NCBI GenBank assembly: GCA_003331635.1
Contig: QOPH01000002.1
Span: forward strand, 68,721 to 132,720
Reading direction: 5' to 3'
DNA length: 64,000 bases
DNA from: SAR86 cluster bacterium
Lineage (GTDB): Bacteria > Pseudomonadota > Gammaproteobacteria > Magnimaribacterales > TMED112
In this document: piece after piece, positions 17,345 to 27,028 of the stretch
Layout: each line of letters begins with the position of its first letter
Position numbering within the stretch: position 1 is the stretch's first letter
Translations under genes and position numbers: made by a program
Notes under the pieces: generated by a model
Databases searched by the model: none
What the model saw: the letters and a program-made list of their open reading frames with translations, nothing else
What the model was told of the DNA's origin: nothing

Positions 17345-19533
17345 GAATCTGATCTCCATTTCGAGCTATTTGCTCCCATTATTAATGATGAAATTTTTAA
17401 ATTATCATGTTTGCCTGAATCAATAGATTCAAAATCTTCAGCGAGTATTTCTTTAAGATCTAATTGATATAATTCACTCATATTCAACCTTATGTACCTA
17501 GAATCTTGTTTTGATGGAGAATTTGAGATAATTACATCAAAAAGTTCAGGTACCTGAAAATTAAGTTTTCCCTTTTGATTTAAATAAAACCTTGCCTGTT
17601 TAATTTGATCTGCTGCTGTAAATTCTGGTGTTTCATTGTCATGATCGATATTTGTTATAAAAAACTTTTGTGCTGAAGATTTTGAAATCTCTTCAGTTAA
17701 TCCTTTTGTCCAATAAGTTGGATATAAACTGCTGTATTGAGTTCCAGGACCATATATTATTATGTCAGCTTTTCGAACTGCTGAAGCAGTATCTTGGCTT
17801 AGGTCAGGGAATGGTGATGATATATTTTCGAGAAATTGTTTTTTCTTAATAAGCCCTGTTAAAGATTCAAATTGTTTCTCCTCTTCTTCTGATAATGGAT
17901 ATGTTTTATAAAAAATTTCAAAAATTGGTGTTTTTCCCTCATAACCTACAATTTCTGACTCGTCTTTCAGAAGCTTTCCATCCTCTGTAAGGCCAAAAAG
18001 ATAACCAGCTTCTGATGAATTAAAGAAAACCTCATTTGGCAAATTGAAAGCATCTCTCACCATAAGTTCAACTTTCTTTATATCCCCATATTTATGCTCT
18101 AGAGAACCATAAATAATATTAGATAAGGCAAAATCTTGAAATTCTAATGTTTTATTCTGCTTTTCAGAAATTTTTTTAAAATGTGAGAGCGAATCACTAA
18201 TTATCTCTTGCATCTGATAATTCATTTTTTGGTAATAAGGGAAAAATTTTGATTTATAATTTTGATTATCAATAAGCTTAGAAATATCATTTTTAAAATC
18301 AAGAAAGTCACATGACGTACGGCTTTTAAAAAAATCGAGCCCCTCTCCTTCAGGATAATAAAATTCATATTGAGTCTCTTGGACTTTTCTTAAATCAGAG
18401 GGTCCTAAAATTTTGTAATCAAAAAAAGCTCTTATTGCGCCAGTTGAGAGGCCATCGTCATAAGCATTAATAATATTTGTTAAATCTAAATTAACGTCAT
18501 TTAGTTTTGAAAACTCTCTAAGTCCATCACATAGGTTTATCGAACCCCTTCCTCCTGAAAATACAACTACATTCAAACCATTTTGATTAATATCATAAAA
18601 TCCTTTTTTTCCTTGAATGCCATGAAGATATCCTTTGAAAAAATAACGAAGATTTATAAAAAAATTGTGATAGTTAGAATGAAAGAATAAAAAAAATAAG
18701 CCTGCAGTAAACTTTAAATTATGAGCAAGCAAATATAAAAACCACCCAACCGAGAATGATTTGAAGTTCTTTTTAAGAAATAATAATGATCCCCTTGTAG
18801 AGTAATATAACCATTGTTTATTTGCATATTTATTTTTGCTACCTGTTTTAGTATCGTGATAACCAATAGCTTTCGGAGTAAAGCGATGAATATTTTTTGC
18901 CTTTATAGATCTGTACATCAGATCGTGATCGTCGTAATAGAGAAAGTAATCTTTATCAAACCAACCAATTTCTTTTTCTATTTTTCTGGAAATTAACACC
19001 ATACATCCATTTAGGGCATCAAGCGTTCTAACTTCAGAGAATTTTTCGTGATTAGTCTCATTAACACCAATACCCTTTGCTATTGCATAGTAAGGTTTTA
19101 AGTCGGCACCAATAGCATGTAATGTATTCTTATTTTGAAAATAAAATACTTTTCCACCTACAAAAGTATGTTTTTCTGATTTTTCTGCTTCATTAACTAA
19201 CTCAGCAACACAATCTTTATCAAGTACTACATCTTCATCCATTTTTAGCATGTATTTCCAATCCTCATGAATAACCTTTAAGGCTTCAATATATGAACCT
19301 GATGAACCAGAATTTAATTTTAAATCTAGAAGTTTTATTTTTTTGTTATCTATTTCCCTAGAAAATATTTTTTTAATTTCAGATACTGTTCCATCATTAG
19401 AGTTATTGTCTACAACAATTACCTCAAATGAATCCTCTGGATAATTTTGCGAAAGAATAGATTGAATACTTTCATTGATTATGTACTTTCTGTTATAACT
19501 TGCTACAACGATGCTAACGAAAGGTTTTTTCAT
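17341..19533 (-). CDS. Fusion of GT2 glycosyltransferase and CofD/YvcK (UPF0052)-like domain
   Basis: GT2: SIVVASYNR, VDNNSND, DED, FLYYDDHD; C-half: VVFSGGRGS, YDDGLSTG, PSDLRK and ADIIIYGPGTQYSSLYP. Confidence 0.8.
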   Translation of the reverse strand: MKKPFVSIVVASYNRKYIINESIQSILSQNYPEDSFEVIVVDNNSNDGTVSEIKKIFSREIDNKKIKLLDLKLNSGSSGSYIEALKVIHEDWKYMLKMDEDVVLDKDCVAELVNEAEKSEKHTFVGGKVFYFQNKNTLHAIGADLKPYYAIAKGIGVNETNHEKFSEVRTLDALNGCMVLISRKIEKEIGWFDKDYFLYYDDHDLMYRSIKAKNIHRFTPKAIGYHDTKTGSKNKYANKQWLYYSTRGSLLFLKKNFKSFSVGWFLYLLAHNLKFTAGLFFLFFHSNYHNFFINLRYFFKGYLHGIQGKKGFYDINQNGLNVVVFSGGRGSINLCDGLREFSKLNDVNLDLTNIINAYDDGLSTGAIRAFFDYKILGPSDLRKVQETQYEFYYPEGEGLDFFKSRTSCDFLDFKNDISKLIDNQNYKSKFFPYYQKMNYQMQEIISDSLSHFKKISEKQNKTLEFQDFALSNIIYGSLEHKYGDIKKVELMVRDAFNLPNEVFFNSSEAGYLFGLTEDGKLLKDESEIVGYEGKTPIFEIFYKTYPLSEEEEKQFESLTGLIKKKQFLENISSPFPDLSQDTASAVRKADIIIYGPGTQYSSLYPTYWTKGLTEEISKSSAQKFFITNIDHDNETPEFTAADQIKQARFYLNQKGKLNFQVPELFDVIISNSPSKQDSRYIRLNMSELYQLDLKEILAEDFESIDSGKHDNLKISSLIMGANSSKWRSDS

Positions 19534-20726
19534 TTTGAAAGCTCCTCATAAATTGAAGTATATAACTTTAATCCTGACTTTAATGAAAATTCTTTTTTGC
19601 CAATTTCAATACACTTTAAATTCAATTTCTCTTTATTATTATTTGGATTTACAAATTCGAAAACTTTATCTATGTCATCCTTAGCAAAATTTGTAATAAT
19701 TCCACAGCCTTGATTAGTTAAGTATTCAATATCATTGTTAAACGCATTGCATATAATTGGGACTCCGCACATAAGAACCTCGCCTATTTTTGTAGGCATA
19801 GAGGCTTTAACTGAAAAGTTTTCATTCAAATAAAATATACATGCATTAAAGTTATTAATTTGATTAACTAGCTCTTTCTTATCTCTTATAAATTTAATTG
19901 AAAGCCTTTCAAGATCTTTGAATCCAACCTCTCTAGCTACACTCATTATCTTAGATTCAGGGGTTGAAGAATATATGTCTAGGTAAGCATTTTTATGTTT
20001 TCGAGAAAACAAATTGAAAAAATTTAAAACTTTTTGAAAATTGTATGCTGTATCGAGAGTTCCCAAATAACCGAATCTTATAGTTTGATCCTCATCTTTT
20101 TTTATTTTTTTAAATACATTTTCATCAGCACATGTTCTGATTGTTGTGATGACTTTTTGACTTACCTTATGTTCTTTTACTAAAAATTCTCGTGAATGAT
20201 CTGTTAAGGTTATTATTTTATCTGCACTTTTCAAAAGTTTTTTTTCAATGGCTTTAAAGAAAATATACTTATATCCCGATCTGTTCCATCCAGCTCTATC
20301 AGCTTTTTCGTCAGCCCAAAAGCCTCTCATATCGAAAATTAATTTGAATTTAAAGATTTTTTTTAAAATTAATAATGGAATACCCAATAAGTAGCCTCTT
20401 AAATGAATAATGCCAATTCTATTAAAAGATAGAATCAGAATTAGATTACTTAACAAAATAAATAAGTCATAAAGAGTTGCTAATGTAGTTGGACTTTTAT
20501 GGTAAATACTTTTTATCCATTTAATTCCTGAATTTTTTATTATTTTTGAAACCGCTGATACTCTTTTAGTGTCTTTAAGATCATATGGTTTTTCAAATGA
20601 ATAAAGAATAAAGTTATAACTTTTTGCAAGTCCTAAAACATAATTGAGAACTTGTGATGACCCTAAAGGCTCTAAAACACCGTCATAGGATAAATAAAGT
20701 ATTTTTTTATTTGTATCTTTCAACAT
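19530..20726 (-). CDS. GT4 glycosyltransferase
   Basis: YLSYDGVLEPLGSSQV, FDMRGFW and SMPTKIGE..CGVPII motifs. Confidence 0.85.
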   Translation of the reverse strand: MLKDTNKKILYLSYDGVLEPLGSSQVLNYVLGLAKSYNFILYSFEKPYDLKDTKRVSAVSKIIKNSGIKWIKSIYHKSPTTLATLYDLFILLSNLILILSFNRIGIIHLRGYLLGIPLLILKKIFKFKLIFDMRGFWADEKADRAGWNRSGYKYIFFKAIEKKLLKSADKIITLTDHSREFLVKEHKVSQKVITTIRTCADENVFKKIKKDEDQTIRFGYLGTLDTAYNFQKVLNFFNLFSRKHKNAYLDIYSSTPESKIMSVAREVGFKDLERLSIKFIRDKKELVNQINNFNACIFYLNENFSVKASMPTKIGEVLMCGVPIICNAFNNDIEYLTNQGCGIITNFAKDDIDKVFEFVNPNNNKEKLNLKCIEIGKKEFSLKSGLKLYTSIYEELSK

Positions 20727-22665
20727 ACCAAGAATTGAATTGAATTAAACTCCACAACTTGTGTTCATGATTTTTCTTACCATCTAAATGCTCACTTAGA
20801 AATTTTTCTACAACCTGTTGATTAAAAAAACCATGGGTATCATTTATATCTTTTGACAACATTTCTTTAGTCCATTTATTTAAATCTGTTTGCATCCATT
20901 TTGAGATTGGCACTCCAAATCCTTGTTTAGGCCTCTCTATTAATTCTCTTGGAAGATAATTAGAAATTAGGTCTTTTAAAATAATTTTAGAATTACTACC
21001 TTTTATTTTGAATTTTTCTGGAATTGAATACGCATATTCAATTACATCTTTATCTAAAAAAGGTACTCTTGTTTCTAAACTGTGAAACATTGCTGCTCTA
21101 TCAACTTTACATAAAATATCGTCAACCATATATGTTTTAAAATCGGTGTACATCATTTTCTCAATGAAACCTTTAGTGCTAAATTCATTGAAAATGTCTT
21201 CATAATGACAGTCAGGTTGATTATTAACTAAAATTTCATCATCACTTTTCCATTCTCTTATCATTGAACTGTAATAGTTATATTGAGAATCAATATGTTT
21301 TATTTTTTCAAATGCTTTATCAGCCCTTTGTGAAAGATTACCTGAGAAAAAGCCTTTTAGAATGGTTGAGAAAACAATTTCAAAAAGTTGTTTGCCGCCA
21401 CTACTTAGTATACCTAATAAAACTTTTCTAATTGCATAAGGAAGCAAGTAAAAGATTTTTAAATACCTACTAGCAATTATATATCTGTTGTAACCACCAA
21501 AAAGTTCATCTCCACAATCTCCTGTAAGTACAACTTTTACATCCTGACTAGCAATTTTTGAAATCATCATTGTTGGAATTTGTGAGCTATCAGCAAAAGG
21601 CTCAGTATAGGCTTTACTTAATGATTTGATTATTTCTTGCGTCTCTTTTGTAGAGCAAATTACTGTTTTGTGATCAGTTTTAAGATATTTAGCAATCTTT
21701 TCAGCATGAATAGACTCGTCATATTCACTAAATTCGAAACCTATAGTAAATGTTTTTGTGTCTTTATTAGCTTTTGACATTAGTGATGCAACTAGGGTTG
21801 AATCTATTCCTCCGGATAGAAAACATCCTAATGGCACATCAGACAATTGTTGTAGTTTTATCGCATTAGAGAGCTTTTGATTTAAGGTTTGTTTAACATC
21901 TGAGTATTTAATGCCTACATCTAACGTTTTTGCTTCATGTAAAGTCCAAAACTCTTTTAAAGAAACTGAATCTTGTTCACAAAAATCCCTAAAAGTATCA
22001 AAATTCTTTAATTTTAATTGGTCCAGTTTTATGCTGATTGAAGTTGCAGAAGGTACTTTAAAAATATTTTTAAATATTGTTTTAGGTGCAGGTACATACC
22101 CAAAATTTAAATATTCCATTAATGCTTTTTCACAAATAATTTTTTGAAATGAACCAATATCCTCAAAAGTACTAAGATCTGAAGAGGCAGCGAATACTCC
22201 TTCAAAACAGCAAATATAAAGCGGCTTTTCACCAGCTCTATCTCTAGCTAAATGAATTTCATTATTCAATTTGTCGTAAATTGAAAAACTAAACATTCCG
22301 TTAAGATTTTTAAGGGTTTCATCTAACCCAAATTTATCAATCATGCAGATAAGGGTTTCAGTATCAGAGGTAGTTTTAAAACTAAAATCTTTTAAAAAAT
22401 TTTTCCTGAGATCCAGATGATTATAAATCTCGCCATTATAAGTTAATGCGTATCTTTCTGAATGAAATGGTTGATTAGATCTCTCATTTAAATCTAAGAT
22501 TGAAAGTCTTCTATGTCCTAAAGCAACAAATGCATCTTCAATAGGGAAAATACTAACTCCAGAAGCATCTGGACCTCTATGTTTTATTTTTTGCATTGAA
22601 AGATTTACTTCTTGCTCAGATTGAGGAAATCTTCTATCTGAATAAGAGAAATAAATTCCACACAT
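20707..22665 (-). CDS. asnB: Asparagine synthase (glutamine-hydrolysing)-family amidotransferase, probably sugar amidation
   Basis: N-terminal MCGI, HRGPD, HRRLSILD, NGEIYN, LSGGIDS, GDCGDELFGGY and KVDRAAM..SLETRVPFLD. Confidence 0.9.
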   Translation of the reverse strand: MCGIYFSYSDRRFPQSEQEVNLSMQKIKHRGPDASGVSIFPIEDAFVALGHRRLSILDLNERSNQPFHSERYALTYNGEIYNHLDLRKNFLKDFSFKTTSDTETLICMIDKFGLDETLKNLNGMFSFSIYDKLNNEIHLARDRAGEKPLYICCFEGVFAASSDLSTFEDIGSFQKIICEKALMEYLNFGYVPAPKTIFKNIFKVPSATSISIKLDQLKLKNFDTFRDFCEQDSVSLKEFWTLHEAKTLDVGIKYSDVKQTLNQKLSNAIKLQQLSDVPLGCFLSGGIDSTLVASLMSKANKDTKTFTIGFEFSEYDESIHAEKIAKYLKTDHKTVICSTKETQEIIKSLSKAYTEPFADSSQIPTMMISKIASQDVKVVLTGDCGDELFGGYNRYIIASRYLKIFYLLPYAIRKVLLGILSSGGKQLFEIVFSTILKGFFSGNLSQRADKAFEKIKHIDSQYNYYSSMIREWKSDDEILVNNQPDCHYEDIFNEFSTKGFIEKMMYTDFKTYMVDDILCKVDRAAMFHSLETRVPFLDKDVIEYAYSIPEKFKIKGSNSKIILKDLISNYLPRELIERPKQGFGVPISKWMQTDLNKWTKEMLSKDINDTHGFFNQQVVEKFLSEHLDGKKNHEHKLWSLIQFNSWYVERYK

Positions 22666-23762
22666 TACAAAATTCCTTCATAATTGTTGAAAATTTTTTG
22701 GTCACTGAATTTTTTTCTTATTAAATTAACTGATTCCTCTCCCATTTTTTTTATAATTTCAGGTTTTTCAATGAATTTATTTATTGCTTTTTCAATAGAT
22801 TCACTAGACTTTGATTCTATTAAAAATCCATTTACTCCATTAATCAAACATTCCCTGCAACCAGGTACATCTGATAAGATCAAAGGGAGTCCAGCACACA
22901 TTGCCTCTAAAGCTGACCTAGGCAGCCCCTCTCTATATGAGGGCAAAATAAAAACATCTGATTTTGAGTAAATATTTTTAATTTCTTCATGGCTTAATTT
23001 ATTTATTACCTGTACAGAATCCATATTTTTTAAATTTTCAAAAGCATTTCCTCCGATAGAAGCTATATTTTCTCTATCATCAGGTGAAATGATTGTAAAT
23101 TCTGCTTTGTTTCCAACTGATTGAATTGCAGCACACAATTCATTTATACCCTTATCTTCTATAAGCCTACCTACGAAAATAAACTTCAATTTATCTCTAA
23201 AGTTATTATGTTTTCGCATGTTAAAATCATTTTCATCTATTCCGTTTCCATAGATAATTTCAATATTTTTTTCTTGAATAAAACCTGATTTATTAATTAA
23301 TTTTCTATCATCAGGATTTTGAAAAATAAACTTTGAGTCAAGAATTGAAAAAATTCTTAGGGCAATATTTATTGCAATCCTTGCAATCCTTGCTTTAAAA
23401 GAATTATTGATAAAAGAGTATCCCAAGCCAGAAAAAATTAAATATTTTTTTGCCTTGCTAAACAAAGAAGGAATAACCCCCAAAGCAATTGGCTTAAACG
23501 AAATAAAAAAAATGTGAGTTGGATCAATTCTCTTTACTAATAAGTTAAGTTCAAGAGAAGTCTTCAGATTCTTAAAAATATTCATACTTTTTCTGCCTAT
23601 ATCTAAGTGATGAATATTTTTTGAATCAATTTTAAATCCAGTTGTATTTGTTATCAGATGAATATCATTTTCCCGTGCTAGATGTTTTAAAAGATTAAAT
23701 CTGTGAGTTAAATAAAATTCATAATTATTTATAACAAATATAATCTTATTTTGATTTTTCAT
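22665..23762 (-). CDS. GT4 glycosyltransferase (PglA-like)
   Basis: FQNPDD, FVGRLIEDKG, PSYREGLP...EAM and DVPGC motifs; ATG at 23762 preferred. Confidence 0.87.
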   Translation of the reverse strand: MKNQNKIIFVINNYEFYLTHRFNLLKHLARENDIHLITNTTGFKIDSKNIHHLDIGRKSMNIFKNLKTSLELNLLVKRIDPTHIFFISFKPIALGVIPSLFSKAKKYLIFSGLGYSFINNSFKARIARIAINIALRIFSILDSKFIFQNPDDRKLINKSGFIQEKNIEIIYGNGIDENDFNMRKHNNFRDKLKFIFVGRLIEDKGINELCAAIQSVGNKAEFTIISPDDRENIASIGGNAFENLKNMDSVQVINKLSHEEIKNIYSKSDVFILPSYREGLPRSALEAMCAGLPLILSDVPGCRECLINGVNGFLIESKSSESIEKAINKFIEKPEIIKKMGEESVNLIRKKFSDQKIFNNYEGIL

Positions 23763-24915
23763 TCTCTTGGCTAAATTGTTGATTTTGAATGTAAAGAAAG
23801 GCAAAAAGAAATGGATAGATTGTTGTGAATCTATATCTGCTTAATGTTCCAAGATTGGAAATTGTATAGGCATAAAAACTCAGAGTAACCAAAAGGCCTA
23901 AAAGAAGAAAAATACCGGTTAAAACCTTGTTCTTATCCCCTTTAAAGATATCTTGAAATAATTTATAAACTATAAAAAGAATAAAAATATTTTCAAAGAA
24001 TATTATTATGCCTAAGCCTCCTGTTTGCCATGGAAATGGCCTTACTAGTGAACCAACAAGTGCTTTGGCGGTTGTCCAAACAAAATCAAGATATTCTGTT
24101 GCCACGATGCCCCTATTGACTATAAATCGATCTATTCCAGCCTCTAAAGCAAACGCATTTCTGTAAAGATTTAAAAATGGTATGTATTCATCAAAAAAGA
24201 TAAAGCTTCCTAAAAGTATTAAAGAAATTAAAACAAGTAAACCTGTAATTGATTTATCTATTCGAAAAACTAAAACGCCGAAAAACATTATTAGAAGTGC
24301 AATACTATTTTGAATTTTGAAAATAAAAATTAAAAAAATACATAATAGTGAAACTAAATATTTCTTTTCAATTAGTGATATAAGAGAAATTACTGTAAAA
24401 AATATTATAAGAACCTCTCTTAAAGAAACCGAGCTATAAAGGATGAAACTTGGCAAAAGAAGTAATGCCAATATTTCCCATGATTTAATCTTATTTCTTA
24501 AATATATATAAATTAAAAGGGTGTATATCTGATTTGCAAAAGCTACAGATGTTATAGTCAGATTTGAAAATAATGGAACAAATGAAAAAAATATTGATGA
24601 CAGATTTGTAACTGAATTTCTAACAGCATCATAATTACTTAAACCAATCTCTGGAAGTCCGTCAGCTCTAATTTCATTTAGAGTATTCGTGTAAATGTAT
24701 TGATCTGGCATGTATAGTGGATCAAATAAGACATAATTGCCAAAGAAAGGTGTTAGAAAATATAAACACCAAAAAATGAAGTATTTCTCTTCAACTAATT
24801 TTAACCTTGTAAGAATAATTAAAATTCCCACAACACAAAGATAATTTGCTATTTCCGAAATAAAAAAAAGGCTTGAAAATTCGTTTATAAATTCTGAATT
24901 TCCTGTATTGAACAT
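23746..24915 (-). CDS. Multi-TM membrane protein, probable O-antigen polymerase (Wzy-like)
   Basis: About 10 hydrophobic segments; D..Y, LRE, RPFPW and N.GT..RYR motifs; adjacent to wzz. Confidence 0.55.
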   Translation of the reverse strand: MFNTGNSEFINEFSSLFFISEIANYLCVVGILIILTRLKLVEEKYFIFWCLYFLTPFFGNYVLFDPLYMPDQYIYTNTLNEIRADGLPEIGLSNYDAVRNSVTNLSSIFFSFVPLFSNLTITSVAFANQIYTLLIYIYLRNKIKSWEILALLLLPSFILYSSVSLREVLIIFFTVISLISLIEKKYLVSLLCIFLIFIFKIQNSIALLIMFFGVLVFRIDKSITGLLVLISLILLGSFIFFDEYIPFLNLYRNAFALEAGIDRFIVNRGIVATEYLDFVWTTAKALVGSLVRPFPWQTGGLGIIIFFENIFILFIVYKLFQDIFKGDKNKVLTGIFLLLGLLVTLSFYAYTISNLGTLSRYRFTTIYPFLFAFLYIQNQQFSQENEKSK

Positions 24916-25812
24916 TTAAGAGACTAGAATTCTCTTTCTAATGTACAGAACAAGCACTGAAAGCATAAAGCCTATAAAAGTAAAGCCTAAATAAATGAAC
25001 TGCAAGTTAATGAAGTCTGGATTTTTCGATCTTCTTGGCTGTTCAAGTACTTCTATAGAGTAAAAATTATCTTGCTCCACAAGACTCTCATTAAGGAGTT
25101 GTTCTTTAAGAAGACCTATCATTGCATTCTTAATTTCAACATCTGAAACACTTACAATTTTATCTGATAAAAAAACAATTTTGTTTGTATTTTTACTTCG
25201 CTCTCTCTGTTTGATGCTGTCATCAGTTACTCTTATTAAATCTGCTAACAAGGTCTCATATAAGTCAGGATTTCCGGTAGAAATTGTGAATCGCAATAAA
25301 TTTTGCTCCTCGGTCAGATCCTCTAAATCTACTTCTGATTTTATATGGTTTCTTAAATCTACAAAGTTAATCTCATTGTTTAAATCATATCCAATGATCC
25401 ATGATTTAATAACATCCCATAATTTTGGATTTCTTTTGAATGTCTCAGATTTTGTATCGAAGTTTGAAGAAAAAATTTTCTGATCGTATCCTTTTTCCCA
25501 TAATTTCTCTGCAACTTCAGTTGAAAAAACAATATTATAAAAATCCCAGAAATTATTACCTGCTCCTCCACCAGTTATAAGGCTAAGAACTGAACTGCTG
25601 CTTGGCAAAGAGGCGTTTCCACTTTCATCTTTAAGTTTTACGTCAGCAATGATTTGATATTTTGGTGAAAGAGAAAAAGAATAAATAAGAGAAATAAATA
25701 AAAAACCAGCTGTTGAATATAAAACAAATTTGTAGTTTTCTTTAATAAGATTCAGTAAATTGTTTAATATTTTCCCAATTTGGGTATTGCTTAGAAAGTT
25801 ATCCATTTCCAT
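24916..25812 (-). CDS. wzz: Wzz-like polysaccharide chain-length determinant
   Basis: Two terminal TM helices, PxY motif after TM1, helical periplasmic region, Pro-containing segment before TM2. Confidence 0.7.
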   Translation of the reverse strand: MEMDNFLSNTQIGKILNNLLNLIKENYKFVLYSTAGFLFISLIYSFSLSPKYQIIADVKLKDESGNASLPSSSSVLSLITGGGAGNNFWDFYNIVFSTEVAEKLWEKGYDQKIFSSNFDTKSETFKRNPKLWDVIKSWIIGYDLNNEINFVDLRNHIKSEVDLEDLTEEQNLLRFTISTGNPDLYETLLADLIRVTDDSIKQRERSKNTNKIVFLSDKIVSVSDVEIKNAMIGLLKEQLLNESLVEQDNFYSIEVLEQPRRSKNPDFINLQFIYLGFTFIGFMLSVLVLYIRKRILVS

Positions 25813-25831
25813 AACTGATTATAGTAAGTAA

Positions 25832-26911
25832 TTATTTAAATTCTTCCAAATATAATTTTGCACACTTTTCAATGGAGAATTCGTTTGCTCTCTTCATTAA
25901 CACCTCTTTATCAATAGGGTTCAGAATTTTTTCAATAACTGCATTCGCCATTTGTTCCTCATCGCCCATTGGAATAAGATTGCCAAATTCTCCATTATTT
26001 AAGATTTCTTTTGGGCCATGTGGGGTGTCTGTAGAAACAACATTTGTACCACAAGATAAGGCTTCTGCTATAACAAGTGCAAATCCCTCAACCTCCGATG
26101 AATGGACGAATAGGTCTGATGATGCCATGTATGGGTAAACATCTTTTTTGAAACCTAATAGTTCAACATCATTTTCCATATCGAGTTTTTTAATTACATC
26201 ATTAATTTCTTCTCTCATTGGTCCGTCTCCCAAAATAAATAATTTGAGATCTTTATAGTTCTTCAACTTAAGTATGGATAAAGCTTTAATGATAGTTATA
26301 AAGTCTTTTCTTTGTTTTAAAGTTCCAGCTGCAAGAATTACCTTTTTATTGGTATTAAAAAGAGTTTTCTTATTATCTTTTAGGTTTTTAGGTATTGGAA
26401 TGCCGTTGTAAATGACCTTAAATTTGTTATTTGGAAGGATAGTAATTTTTTTTATGGAATTTTCCACTCCTTTGGAGACTGAAATCAGTTTATTAGCAAA
26501 AATATATGAAATTGTTTTAGAAAATCCTATAGAAAATAAAGAATGACCTAATAATTTGGCAAAAATCTTCTCATATGCACAATGCTCAACAAGAAAAATC
26601 TTCGATTGTGAGCCTGAAAGTAACTTCGCTAAAATTGTGACTGTTGTTACTGGCCACATTGCTGCGACTATTTTTTGTGGATTTATTGCTCTAATAGTTT
26701 TTATTAAAGGGTTAAGGGAAAAAAGGATTCTCTTACAATCAAGATCTATAACTTTAATTTTTTGGTCTATTAAATTGATTAAAGGACCTTTTTTTTCAAG
26801 AGCACAAAAGATAACTTCATGCCCAGATTTAGCCCACTCATTTGCAAGATTCACATGAATTCGCTCTGCTCCTCCGCCTTCAAAGTTTGGTAGAACAACT
26901 AAAATTTTCAT
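25832..26911 (-). CDS. GT4 glycosyltransferase (PglJ/WabH-like)
   Basis: GGGAER, IYNG, SEVEGFALVIAEA and STD.PHGPKEIL motifs. Confidence 0.88.
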   Translation of the reverse strand: MKILVVLPNFEGGGAERIHVNLANEWAKSGHEVIFCALEKKGPLINLIDQKIKVIDLDCKRILFSLNPLIKTIRAINPQKIVAAMWPVTTVTILAKLLSGSQSKIFLVEHCAYEKIFAKLLGHSLFSIGFSKTISYIFANKLISVSKGVENSIKKITILPNNKFKVIYNGIPIPKNLKDNKKTLFNTNKKVILAAGTLKQRKDFITIIKALSILKLKNYKDLKLFILGDGPMREEINDVIKKLDMENDVELLGFKKDVYPYMASSDLFVHSSEVEGFALVIAEALSCGTNVVSTDTPHGPKEILNNGEFGNLIPMGDEEQMANAVIEKILNPIDKEVLMKRANEFSIEKCAKLYLEEFK

Positions 26912-26922
26912 AAGTCTTTAAT

Positions 26923-27009
26923 TGGTGCCCAGGGCCGGACTTGAACCGGCACAGAGTTGCCTCCGAGGGATTTTAAGTCCCTTGTGTCTACCAATTTCAC
27001 CACCTGGGC
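26923..27009 (-). tRNA. tRNA-Leu(UAA)
   Basis: GCCCAGG...CCTGGGC-A-CCA acceptor stem, anticodon arm AGGGA-CTTAAAA-TCCCT, long variable arm, GGTTCAAGTCC T-arm. Confidence 0.97.
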
Positions 27010-27028
27010 TAAAAAAGATATAGACAAA

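Noticed and set aside
23372-23393. Short tandem repeat TTGCAATCC x2.4
   Set aside because: In-frame 9-mer encoding ARIARIA in a GT; too short to imply function
8915-24870. A/T homopolymer runs of 7-9 nt in glycan genes as phase-variation tracts
   Set aside because: Similar runs occur in core genes, are expected at this AT content, and all reading frames are intact
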